A stretch of 64,000 nt of DNA from Macrostomum lignano (Eukaryota), in the NCBI GenBank assembly GCA_002269645.1, contig NIVC01002038.1:88060-152059 (forward strand), read 5' to 3'. A model generated the notes under the pieces. That model did not search any database and was not told the origin of the DNA. It worked only from the letters and a program-made list of their open reading frames with translations. The position numbers and the translations under genes are program-made. Shown piece by piece: positions 56,201 through 64,000 of this stretch (the first letter of the stretch is position 1; the number at the start of each line of letters is the position of its first letter).

Positions 56201-58191
56201 AGGGGCAAACCACAAAAAGCCTATAATAGGGGAAAGTCCTATCACGCAAACCACCCAGACTAACTGTCAGGCAATAGTCCCTACAAACAATCAGCGCACA
56301 GCGTAACCTGGCGTGGCTTGGCACACGCAGCGGAGCTATCTTGGCAGAGCGTAAGCTCGAGCTCAACGCAGTTGACAGCGCGCGTTGCTCAGGGCGACGA
56401 CCAGTGACGATCAGGACCCCTGGGCCTGACGTGGCACAGGCTCTCACAGCCTTGCGGACCGAACCTCAGGCGTGGCACAGGCTCTCGCAGCCTTGCGGAC
56501 CGAACCTCAGGCGTGGCACAGGCTCTCGCAGCCTTGCGGACCGAACCTCAGACGTGGCACAGGCAGGCAGGTGCTCAGTCACGAGTCGGCAGAGCTGAGC
56601 AGAAGTCTCGCTGGTGCTTGGTTGCGAACTGGCAGGACTGAGACGAAGTCTTGATGGCGCTGATCTAGTTGCGAGCCGGCAGTGCTGAGTAGGAGTCTCG
56701 GTGGTGCTTAGTTGCGAGCTGGCAGGGCTGAGTAGGAGTCTCGGTGGGACCTCCAAAATTATGTCACGTTATTTGATGTTGGCTGTGACCCTTAAAAGGG
56801 CCGTTTCAGTCCCAAAATAAGTTGAAGTCAACTTAGGCGAAGTGGATGGTGTAGCGGAGCACTTGGCAATAAGGGCAGGAAACTGCCGTAGTCGTTTTTA
56901 TTATCAATATAAATAGTAAGTTTGGTTGTTACTGGCAAATAACAAACTATGGCTTTCTGGGCACTGGCGGCTGCAACAATGGTTTCTTTTTGAAGATAAA
57001 TTGGATATGAGTTCAAGCGACAGACGAGTGATGTAATGGCGACGTAACGTGATGAGCAATGGCAATGAGCACAGTGAAGGCAGTGAGACGTAGTAGGCAG
57101 GCAGATGAGCAGTGGCGAGGTTGGCGTCAACCGTGGCGTGAGGTAAGGAGGCTCGAGGCAGCCAGACAGAGAGAAGGAAAACAAGGCCGCAAAAACACAC
57201 ACAAGGCCAAGGACAGGCAGGAAGGGACAGACAAGAGCCGAGGGTGAGGAGTGCCCGCCGCCAGGCGGGGGGTTAATAAAGGAGCGTAGAGGGGGTAGCG
57301 TAAACACGGAGAGTTTTCATTGGCTGGCGAGAGAACTTGAAATTATCGATCGTGCCAAAATTATACGGTCGCGAGAGAGGATAGCAAAATATACAGTGAA
57401 TTAGAAATTGCCACAACATCGTTGGGCACTACTACAAGTAAACGTCGCAATAAACAAATGGAAAAGTTTAGTCGAAACGGTGAAACTGAAGAGTTGAAAC
57501 TATAGAGAAACAGCAGTCCAACGGCCCTTTTGCGGGACCACTTAAACTAGCAACGTCACAGTATAATAACCAAAAAATCAACTTCTCTACCTTAGCCTTA
57601 TCTACATAATGTTGTAGATAAAACCGTATAAATTATTATCTATCTTTTTTGCGTATAAATAAATAAATAAAACCGTATAAAAACGGAAGCTGTGTTCCAA
57701 GGGGCTCCAAAATAGTAGCTACACTTTGCTCTTATATAAAAAATAACCACTCACTTTTGCATTTCCATGCAACCTAGGTCCGATATCAGGATACAATGCA
57801 TTCCCTGACGCGTCACTTGTTCTTCAGATGGTATTATAGGGCTTGCCACACCCTTGCCAACATTGACAATCAGCTCGTACTGGTTTTCAGTGGTGTTCCA
57901 CTCTCTGTTGGCGACTATAACTCTGCCACCAGAGATACGTACGACCTCACCATCTCGACAAACGTCATTGCGGAGTGACTGAATGTCTTCGCCAAACACA
58001 GTGACTTTAATGTCCGTCGTGTCATCACTGAAGACGAAGCTAAATCGTTCACAGGTGCTCGTAGATGATTTTTGCGAAGAGAATTTGATAACTGATGTTG
58101 TCCTTGTCATAATTCCATGTAAATATTCCATCTTTTCACCCGGCACGAGAGCAGCAATGCAATAATTTTTCCGAGAAGACTCCATACGCAT
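47203..58191 (-). CDS. RPA70-like two-OB-fold ssDNA-binding protein gene, exons 58191-57755 and 47527-47203 (253 aa spliced)
   Basis: Exon 1 is DBD-A-like (FSFVFSDDTTDIKVTVFG...VRISGGRVIVANREWNTTENQYEL) and exon 2 is DBD-B-like. The donor AA|GTGAGT (57754) and acceptor TAACAG|A (47528) are both phase 2 and join to ...ISDLGCMEMQKKVDIL...; 437+325=762 nt. Confidence 0.75.
47569..48367 (-). repeat. 3' LTR
   Basis: Nearly identical to 56762-57560 (5 substitutions seen by eye). AATAAA lies on the minus strand at 47704-47709. Confidence 0.97.
48368..48381 (-). other. Polypurine tract
   Basis: GGAAGGGAGGCGGG on the minus strand immediately precedes the 3' LTR. Confidence 0.85.
48915..49320. repeat. 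GC-rich ~24-bp minisatellite (about 16-17 units) in the retroelement 3' region
   Basis: The unit is aacggcgcagcgcgccaaggcagg and variants, each with a GGCGC-nnn-GCGCC palindromic core. Confidence 0.9.
50080..50293. repeat. Tandem repeat, ~2.6 x 81 bp, just downstream of the Gag-Pol stop
   Basis: Units start at 50080, 50161 and 50242, and each full unit contains three inverted-repeat stems. Confidence 0.95.
50305..56070 (-). CDS. Single-ORF Gag-Pol polyprotein (CA - CCHC - cold-shock domain - PR - RT - RNase H - IN), 1921 aa
   Basis: CHRCGQTDHLIADC (55039-55080); CSD (~54751-54951); protease LDSGA; RT LCIDYRAVN, LDLTSAYWQ, PFG and YLDD (53272-53283); RNase H LDCDSS, RELL and DALSR; integrase H..HCG..CTVC, VHVDH, SDNG, NGKAER and GPY. 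Confidence 0.97.
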   Translation of the reverse strand: MSDNGDNHAAASLADGDAVVPDQDAVDAGEQPAGAAAAAAPAPSEQLLLTQTLASLHRMLEERLAVSSPSTPNPSPPAKPDIRLRPPIAYQPKMNFDTWEAQLTSYLATCRVPEDQKSAILVSLLSAECQEVYLNYRCDQLPFESALWLLRERYTDAKKKDKAYVELVAAAQSHNEQMSDFFDRLVSYSRLAGLSLAEAKPLLKARFCHGLRDKDLAEKLLLWDQETDSATSAEELMQKAKDLVGVRQLLNVPSTIAKVRAIEPDAEKKALEQRVAELEKMVTDQANRLSQTTPPVTTNQGPTRREPTGGPPQVSQTYRQPRPAPRPPRACHRCGQTDHLIADCPSPSPSPQSPKQPRGSQNQQPSRGRVTTELGTIATWSQNYGFIQSEHLPEKLFVHISQLSPSLRSLVEQHRLRGTRVKFQRQVDPGRQHDKACNVQPQPGDSDPQCRQGGYTADTFESSYFVQLGVGDSKVLACLDSGANASIMGADVKAKLVAADPVNNIFTPSANKQRATAFGGSQVDILGSLRCEINLGNTTKQHVFLVTAYCTTEALLGMDFLRSFEMLLDFNSGRALVAGVSVPVIEGDKGIFQLRRVMAAGTVELPPHSETLIPSRVLDSSPYTSGIVMSRILGPETEQLVAKTLDSVSDTNHILVRVLNSGEQPIQITRGQEIASFQELDSHEVIAQTTLKESDFSLDNVANLTSQLSKLPPPSRELAKWLTTQFQLDQAKLSRGQLATVLKLLNYFNSQISRSNADLGHTTLHEMGIELIDPKAKPVAQPYRRTTPAQKEFLDQNIAQMLEQGVIEECDSDWVSPIVLVKKKDGTQRLCIDYRAVNKLIKPCSFPLPLIEESFDSLAGATVFSSLDLTSAYWQVGIKEEARDYTAFACPQGTFRWKVVPFGIKTAPANFAKLMHKVFRPLLMKVSLIYLDDIIIKAVNNDQMIAHLALVLWQLRKAGLKIKPSKCELFKDKVAFLGFVVSSRGIEADPAKTQAVQEWPKPLSKKQLLSFLGFANYYRKFVPRFSIIATPLYALAKKDAPFLWQPPHERAFQELKHSLCSPPILAYPDLSAKGREFILDCDSSLDGTGGVLYQLGPDGQEQVIAYASKKFNSSQRNYCATMRELLGLVLMLEHFRPYLLDKPFTVRVDAAALKWLHSKKHATGMLAQWLATIELYPLKVQQSTLERIAEYDFTVQYRPGVDHVPADALSRLPKFRADHFDCPTCSQIPEFKGKFLDQDPKHRRTPPARELRQVCVQTIGISVACQTDTDAPAEPTPNVRDTASGAVPSPETESREPETESQVPPELIWAQNAQDSCVDMARLIASVQGKAEPLSKAELQGCSREMRALWAQFNDLEVVEGLLYLAKYSKAKTASRRLVVPETADVSHLVLQYHGQLNHCGITKTMAALKARFVISDLDTIVKGVLAECTVCAKTKKSKRKLKAPMQPELSGYPNQVVHVDHTGPFEECEGYKYLLVMIDRFTGFVEVVPVSDVSAETTATTILTEWVARYGVMEQLVSDNGTAFINSTMIELTRLLQIDMGRITARRPQANGKAERMIQTVKAQIRAICLERQCDWPLASRLAAMSIRATVAESTGFTPAKLFFGCEFELPLDLCHNPPPNEHYQPERYAHQLHRTLVETSALARRTRGKAQERQKRYYDRRALRAEFHEGELVWVLNPNHKGIEPAVWLGPYRVVQRCSERTYRLVPEYGLLNPADWVPNPRHNIYNIDRLKPCIRQPTYQDVVDRYGEATHARSPAPSVNPPSGPTSELSLVTIPQPPSARPESPRRAPGPNPPPPASGASEEGAGAEAGEGQPFAEADDAVAIEGQPQPDTDTDSTDTDTSHSQDSSESLYTASLGDPSSEQIEPPEIAASPVAAQAAETPAPADVPRSRYGRPIRPPVRYRTCQVSDLLQQWGSRH
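56431..56563. repeat. Tandem repeat, 3 x 41 bp plus a partial unit, in the retroelement 5' leader
   Basis: gtggcacaggctctcgcagccttgcggaccgaacctcaggc starts at 56431, 56472, 56513 and (partial) 56554. Confidence 0.95.
56739..56755 (-). promoter_or_regulatory. Primer binding site complementary to the tRNA-Gln 3' end
   Basis: The minus strand reads TGGAGGTCCCACCGAGA, 6 nt after the 5' LTR. Its complement TCTCGGTGGGACCT-CCA is the 3' end of animal tRNA-Gln as I recall it. Confidence 0.8.
56762..57560 (-). repeat. 5' LTR
   Basis: TGTGACG...CGTGACA on the minus strand, followed by the PBS. Confidence 0.97.
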
Positions 58192-58724
58192 GGACTTTTA
58201 TTACAATTTTCAATTTGAAGATTTACTCTTATTGAGAAAAACAGAAGACAGAGGAAAACGTAGTAGCTAGCAGTTCCTCTATCAAGTGCAACAGCAGACA
58301 GAAGCTTTGTTCAATGATTATAACAGAATAGTTCCTCTTATCGAGTACGACAGAAGACATAATAAAGTTGTAGCAGAAAGTTAAGTTAATGTCGGAATTT
58401 GACAGCGCAATGAATTTAGCTCGAATTTTACACACATCTCTCTTTAATTATATTGACATCTATATAAAAAATCTATTTAACTATGTCTGTCTGTCCGTGA
58501 AGTGCAACTTTCCGGCTGATTGGCTGGATCAATTTTCAAAGGACTCGGTTCATTCAATGTGAAATTTTTATGCGGTGATGATGTCATAGTAGCTTTCTCA
58601 ATAATCTCATAGTTGCAATAATCTCATAGCATCTTTTCAATAATCACATAGCAGCTTTGCAGTAATCTCATAATTGCTCTCCAATTATCTCATAACAGCT
58701 TTGCAATAATCTCATAGCAGCTCT

Positions 58725-61170
58725 TTAAGAGGGAATTTATGAGATGTCAAGTCTTGGTGGGAACTGCTCAGATGCTAAGGCTTAAGAAAGAATTGCTTAG
58801 ATGTCAAGTCTTGAGGGGGAAAATTGTTGAGATTTCAAGACTTTGTGGGAGAATTGCTGAGATATCAAGGCTTAAGAGGGAATTGCTGAGATTTCAAGGC
58901 TTAAGTGGGAGTTGCTGAGATGTCAAGGCTTGGAGGGGAAATTGCTAAGAGTTCAAGGTTTATGAGAGAACTAACAACCAATTCCCCTTTTAAGGAAAGA
59001 AAAACACGCTTTTAGTATATTTGGAAATTTAAAAGTATTAAACGCCTCGAATACAACACACTATGTTCTTGCCTAGATATATTAAATTTCATGGCTATCG
59101 TAAGAAGCTTCGAGCGTTTAAGTAGTTTATTAAAGAATTTTTATTGAAATTTGAAATTATAAAAGAATTCTTGCACTAGATAATAAAGCAATTATGGTAC
59201 TAGCTGATGAAATTGTTTCACTATCTTGCTTGGGGTACTTTCTATCAGGGGATGCTTGCTATCGGAAGGACGCTTGCTCTTGGGGGATGCTCAGGAGAGA
59301 TTGCTGAGATGTCAAGTCTTGGGGATTATCAATAATTGCTGACCCGTTTGATTTTGATTTTCTAAAGTAGGCATAAAAGTTGAAGAGTTTTGCACCTTCT
59401 GCCTCGCTTTCGCCTCTTTAAAGCCTATTTTGTTTCACTTGTGCACTGCGTGTTCACCTGAGTGCCTCTGCAGGGTCAAAAGGTGAATTTAAGGCATGAA
59501 ATAGGCGGTAGGGGCACAGGTGTCATAGGGGAATTATGTGCATTAAAGGTGCACAGTGTGCATTGGAGGCACAAAAGGTGAACAAAGTAGGAATTGGGGG
59601 TATTGGTGGAGTGAAAAGTGAACAAAAGGTGCGCCGCGGTGAAGGTGCCTACCTAGTGCCTGACCCCTTCACCGATTTTAAACCTTTCATGCCTCTATTC
59701 AAAAATATTGGTGACATTTAGGCATAAAAGGTGCACTCAGGTGCATTTCCAAAACATGGACGAAATAGGCCACCAAAGTGCCTCTTTTGTGCATCTCTCT
59801 CACCTTTTATGCCTACACAGGTGCATAACTTTTCCAACGGGTGAGATTTCAAGGCTTCAGATTGAATTGCTAAGATGTCAAGACTTACTGGGGGAATCGC
59901 TAAGATGTCAAGACTTAAGAGGGAATTTTTGAAAAAAAGTGAAAGCTTTTGGGGAATTTCTGAGATATCAAGGCTTAAGAGGGAACTTTGCAGATGTCAA
60001 GGCTTATGGGGGAATTGCTGAGATGTCTAAGTCTAGGCTTAGGGGAAATCGCTGAGATTTCAAGGCCTAAGAGGGAATTTATGAAATGTCAAGGCTTGTG
60101 GGGAATTCCTGAGATGTCAAGGCTTAAGAGGGAATCGCAGAGATGTCATGTAATATCAAGGCTCAAGAGGGAATTGCTGAGATGTCAAGGCTCAAGAGGG
60201 AATTGCTGAGATGTCAAGGCTCAAGAGGGAATTGCTGAAATGTCAAGGCTCAAGAGGGAATTGCTGAGATGTCAAGGCTCAAGAGGGAACTTCTGAGACG
60301 CCAAGACTTGTGGGGAATTTCTGAGATATCAAGGCTTAAGAGGGAACTTTGCAGATGTCAAGGCTTATGGGGGAATTGCTGAGATGTCTAAGTCTAGGCT
60401 TAGGGGAAATCGCTGAGATTTCAAGGCCTAAGAGGGAATTTCTGAAATGTCAAGGCTTGTGGGGAATTCCTGAGATGTCAAGGCTTAAGAGGTAATCGCA
60501 GAGATGTCATGAAATATCAAGGCTCAAGAGGGAATTGCTGAGATGTCAAGGCTCAAGAGGGAATTGCTGAAATGTCAAGGCTCAAGAGGGAATTTCTGAG
60601 ATATCAAGGCTCAAGAGGGAATTGCTGAGATGTCAAGGCTCAAGAGGGAATTGCTGAAATGTCAAGGCTCAAGAGGGAATTGCTGAGATGTCAAGGCTCA
60701 AGAGGGAACTTCTGAGACGCCAAGACTTGTGGGGAATTTCTGAGATATCAAGGCTTAAGAGGGAACTTTGCAGATGTCAAGGCTTATGGGGGAATTGCTG
60801 AGATGTCTAAGCTTAGGGGGAATTGCTGAAATATCAAGGCTGAAGAAGGAGCTGCTGAGATGTCAAGGCTTGGGGAGGAATTCCTGAGATGTCAAGTCTT
60901 GGGGGATTGCTTAGATGTGTAGGCTTGGGGGAATTACTGAGAGGTCAAGTCTTGAGGGATTGCTGAGATGTATAGGCTTGGGGAAATGACAGAAATGTCA
61001 ATTTCAAGGCTTAAAAGGTAATTGCTGAGATGTCAAGGGGAGATCATAATTTATTGAGGGAATTGCTGAGATGTCAAGGGGATATCATGATTTATTGAGG
61101 GAATTGCTGAGATGTCAAGTCTTAAGGGAATTGCTGAGATGTCAAGGGGAGATCATGATTTATTGAAGTA
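58725..61170. repeat. ~29-bp satellite array (gagggaattgctgagatgtcaaggctcaa), interrupted twice, with higher-order repeats
   Basis: The monomer recurs at ~58730-58970, ~59290-59340 and ~59842-61170. A variant block starts at 59951, 60312 and 60731. Confidence 0.9.
59343..59841. mobile_element. 499-bp MITE with CCCGTT...AACGGG termini and a 3-bp TGA TSD, inserted in a satellite monomer
   Basis: ttgc-TGA-cccgttt...aacggg-TGA-gatttc; removing the element restores ttgctgagatttc. A subterminal inverted gtaggcataaaag is present at both ends. Confidence 0.8.
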
Positions 61171-62198
61171 TTTGCATGAATTGTCGAGGGGACGACATGG
61201 TTTATCGAGAGGATAGCAGAAGTTATCTAGCAGGTAGGACGATTTTAAAGGGAGTAGCTTGACATATTGAGGGAACGACATGATGTGTTCTAGATTTATA
61301 GGTAAAGCATAAAATGTCGAGGTGATCTCTAGAAAAAAAGATTTTCATTTTTAGTATATAGAAAGTTCCGGATAAAGCGTTTCCGGGGGATAGTTTGAGA
61401 TTTTCTGGTATATCGTGAGAGTTCCAGCAGATTGCATGTGATGTGATTTTTCAAGGGGTAGCCCGATTTCGAGAGAATGGCATGCCAGTTCGTGGAGAGA
61501 GCAGGGATATCAATGGAAAATTGCAAGAGATAGCTAGATAGATATATCGATGGGCTGGCTAGAGATGTCAATAGATAGCAGTGGATTTCAAGAGATAGCT
61601 ACAGATATCAAAGGGATAGCAAAAGTTATTTAAGGCATAGTATAAGAGTAGTATGAATTTATGCAACTCTGCCGCACTTGCACTGCGGAGATAGGCAGTA
61701 ATGTAAAAGGATAGGAGGGCGTAAAAGAGCCAGCTGAGATAGCCAATGGAAATAAGGGGCGTGGGGTAGGTGTGCGATTGGCTGGGTGGTGAAACGCTTA
61801 TGCAGCTCTGCCGCACTGGGGGAGGCAGGTAGAAAGCAAAGATTTGGAAGGTTTTGGAATAGCAGAGTAAACAAATTAAAAACAAGGTAGGCATGGCGTG
61901 AAAACGTCCACCTCAATTTGTGCCTGGCCTATGCAACTCCTCGGCGTCCCCACTGTGCTTATCCTATAGCATGTCTATGCAACTCTGCCGCACTATTTGT
62001 CAGTGGAGTGAAGTAGATAGAGAGAGGCTCTGGTCTTCTTGGGTGTCTGCCTCTGACCCCCTGGCATTGTTATTAAATGAGCAATAAACTTAAAAGGGTT
62101 GTGTGGCTGATGCCGACGAGCAGCCGCTGCTTGATGCCGAATGAGCAAAAAATGGGGTGGGTGCTCATTCTGACACCCACCCCACTCCGCTTTGAGGG

Positions 62199-62205
62199 TA
62201 TATAA
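62199..62205 (+). promoter_or_regulatory. Putative TATA box of the PC4-like gene
   Basis: TATATAA lies ~85 nt upstream of the ATG at 62288, downstream of repeated TATGCA(A/G)CTCTGCCGCACT motifs. Confidence 0.45.
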
Positions 62206-62287
62206 GCCCCCGATTTTTAAATTCAACGGTAAATCTATTTTTCTTGAATTCGATTTCACAAGTTTTTCACAAGATTTTGTGTGAACT

Positions 62288-62716
62288 ATGGATATTAGTG
62301 AAGGTTACAGAGTGCAGGTCGAAGAATTCGAAGGCCAGGAATACATTGCGATCAGGAAGTTTTACCGACATGGCAGCACAGCAAGCCTCAAGCCTGGTGT
62401 TCCTGGTTTCAACTTGAATGTGCAGCAGTGGACGAAGCTAAAGGAGTCAAAGCGCTCCCTGGTGAAGTCGGCTCTGAATAACGAGGTCAAGGTCATCAAG
62501 CTGGGCTTGGACAAATTTGTTCAAGTCAAGGATGGCCTCATCTGGCTGAAGCGGCTGCCTGAGGACTGCTGTGATGAATTTATGAAGCGCAACACCGTGC
62601 CGCTGTCTCCGAGGCTCTGGCAGAAGCTGTGGCAGACTTCGGACTGGATAGACCAGCAGCCATCAGAGCCCTACCAAGGCGCGGGCGAAGTACGATCTGA
62701 GCTCATCCGAAGATGA
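62288..62716 (+). CDS. Tandem PC4 (p15/Sub1-like) ssDNA-binding domain protein
   Basis: ISEGYRVQVEEFEGQEYIAIRKFY...LKPGVPGFNLNVQQWTKLKE matches the PC4 core (V-x-V-x2-F-x-G...I-x-IR...KPG-x-KG-I-x-L-x3-QW-x2-LKE). A second, diverged copy reads LGLDKFVQV...LSPRLWQKLWQTSDWID. Confidence 0.8.
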   Translation: MDISEGYRVQVEEFEGQEYIAIRKFYRHGSTASLKPGVPGFNLNVQQWTKLKESKRSLVKSALNNEVKVIKLGLDKFVQVKDGLIWLKRLPEDCCDEFMKRNTVPLSPRLWQKLWQTSDWIDQQPSEPYQGAGEVRSELIRR

Positions 62717-64000
62717 GAACGAAGACGCCACCGTCATACTGCCAGTCAAAACTGAGGCTGCTGAAGGCGAGGAGAAGGTCGGCTCACCATCGGAGATGAC
62801 AACCGACATCGAGGCTGTGACTTCCACACCTTTGGCCAGAGCCGGCACATCGACTGGAACATCCCGGCGGAGGACACGGACCTGCAGCAGGATCCCGTGT
62901 GGTACCGATTCGGGCTCATGCCGCTGAGGTGGAGAACAATCGAAGCGGAAACTGCCATATCCTCTGCGCAGGCAGGAAACAATGAAGGTGTCTAAGCTGC
63001 GTTTTGAAGACTGAGCTGGAGGTTGGATAAGACTGATGAGACTCAATGGATAATTCAGTTCTGTTTGATTTTGTCTAATTTTATTCAGCTAAGTAAGGTT
63101 TTGACAATTTTTGTAACCATTTAGTCTTATTTATTCAGGTGTTAACAAAACAAATTTATAAATGCATGCAGTTTATACTTATTTGCACTACTCAATGCTA
63201 TTATTTCCTGCAATCTTCTTTTCAAGATAATCAACTGTTCGCAGTCCCCCGAGTTAAAAATATAATAAGTGTACACTTTATGAGTTGAATAAATGTCTAA
63301 ATGAATAAATAAAGTAAATTGATGTAACCGCCCTTGTCGCCTGTCCGCTCCGTAGAGAGACGAACGCATGACCAGAGGGGGCAATGACCGTAGGCTGCCT
63401 ATGACCGGGCAATGACCTGACGGACCTCCAGCACCAGAATGTCTCGCCCACATGATTGATAGCTTTGGTAGCGCTTTGTGACCAGAGGGCAAGGACCCAC
63501 ATGGACCCCACCTGTAGCCAAGGTGAGTAGTATACGTTTGTACGCTTCTAGACCCAGAGCCCCTAATCAAACAGGCGATTTGAAGGGCTAGAGGGGGGAC
63601 ACGAGGGGGGAACCAAAAAACACATCTAAACACCCTCAACACAATTAAAACACCCCAATACCCCCAACACCCCCAACACTACACAATACTACTAACACTA
63701 CCCAATACTACTAACACTTCCAAACAATTCCTCGCGTCCCCCCATTATTAGCCCTTCAAATCACCCGTTTGATAAGTGACGGATCTAGAAACGTACAAAT
63801 GTATACTACTACTTATAACCCCAGGCTTATTAACCTATCACTTTCATCTACGATCCTAATATAAATTGATTGGACTCTATATTGATTTAAAGGATAATAT
63901 ATTGGGGTTTGGGGTGCAACAATTATTTTCTCTCCAATTTGGAACAGCAAGAAACGGGATGAATAAATGATTCCACGTTGAACCAAACTCCATTATCATC

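Larger units (their letters stand above)
47569..57560 (-). mobile_element. Full-length, recently inserted Ty3/Gypsy LTR retrotransposon (9,992 bp)
   Basis: Two 799-bp TG...CA LTRs, a 4-bp TSD GTAT (47565-47568 and 57561-57564), PBS, PPT and an uninterrupted Gag-Pol ORF. Confidence 0.97.

Noticed and set aside
59536-60209. Short ORFs in the satellite and MITE
   Set aside because: They derive from repeats and have no coding signal.

Overview
Eukaryotic, transposon-saturated region, inferred to be invertebrate-animal heterochromatin; I found no rRNA, tRNA or CRISPR array. The best-preserved feature is a 9,992-bp Ty3/Gypsy LTR retrotransposon (47569-57560, minus strand). It has two 799-bp LTRs with about 5 differences seen by eye, a GTAT target-site duplication, a tRNA-Gln primer binding site and a single intact 1921-aa Gag-Pol ORF. 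That ORF carries an unexpected cold-shock domain between the CCHC knuckle and the protease. The element sits inside what was a 231-bp intron of an RPA70-like two-OB-fold gene whose exons rejoin in frame. The rest of the window holds: a rearranged Polinton/Maverick (adintovirus-like) relic with pPolB, A32-type ATPase, a penton fragment and a pX-like protein; four CMC/EnSpm-like transposase relics; hAT, BEL/Pao, LINE-like and possible Chapaev fragments; two further Gypsy relics; piggyBac-type and CCC-ended MITEs; a ~29-bp satellite with higher-order structure; a tandem-PC4 gene; and a GC-rich orphan ORF with a TIR-like pattern. Eleven of twelve orientable TE relics point the same way, which resembles a uni-strand piRNA cluster. 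All protein assignments come from motif recognition by eye, with no database searches. Boundaries of degraded relics are approximate.
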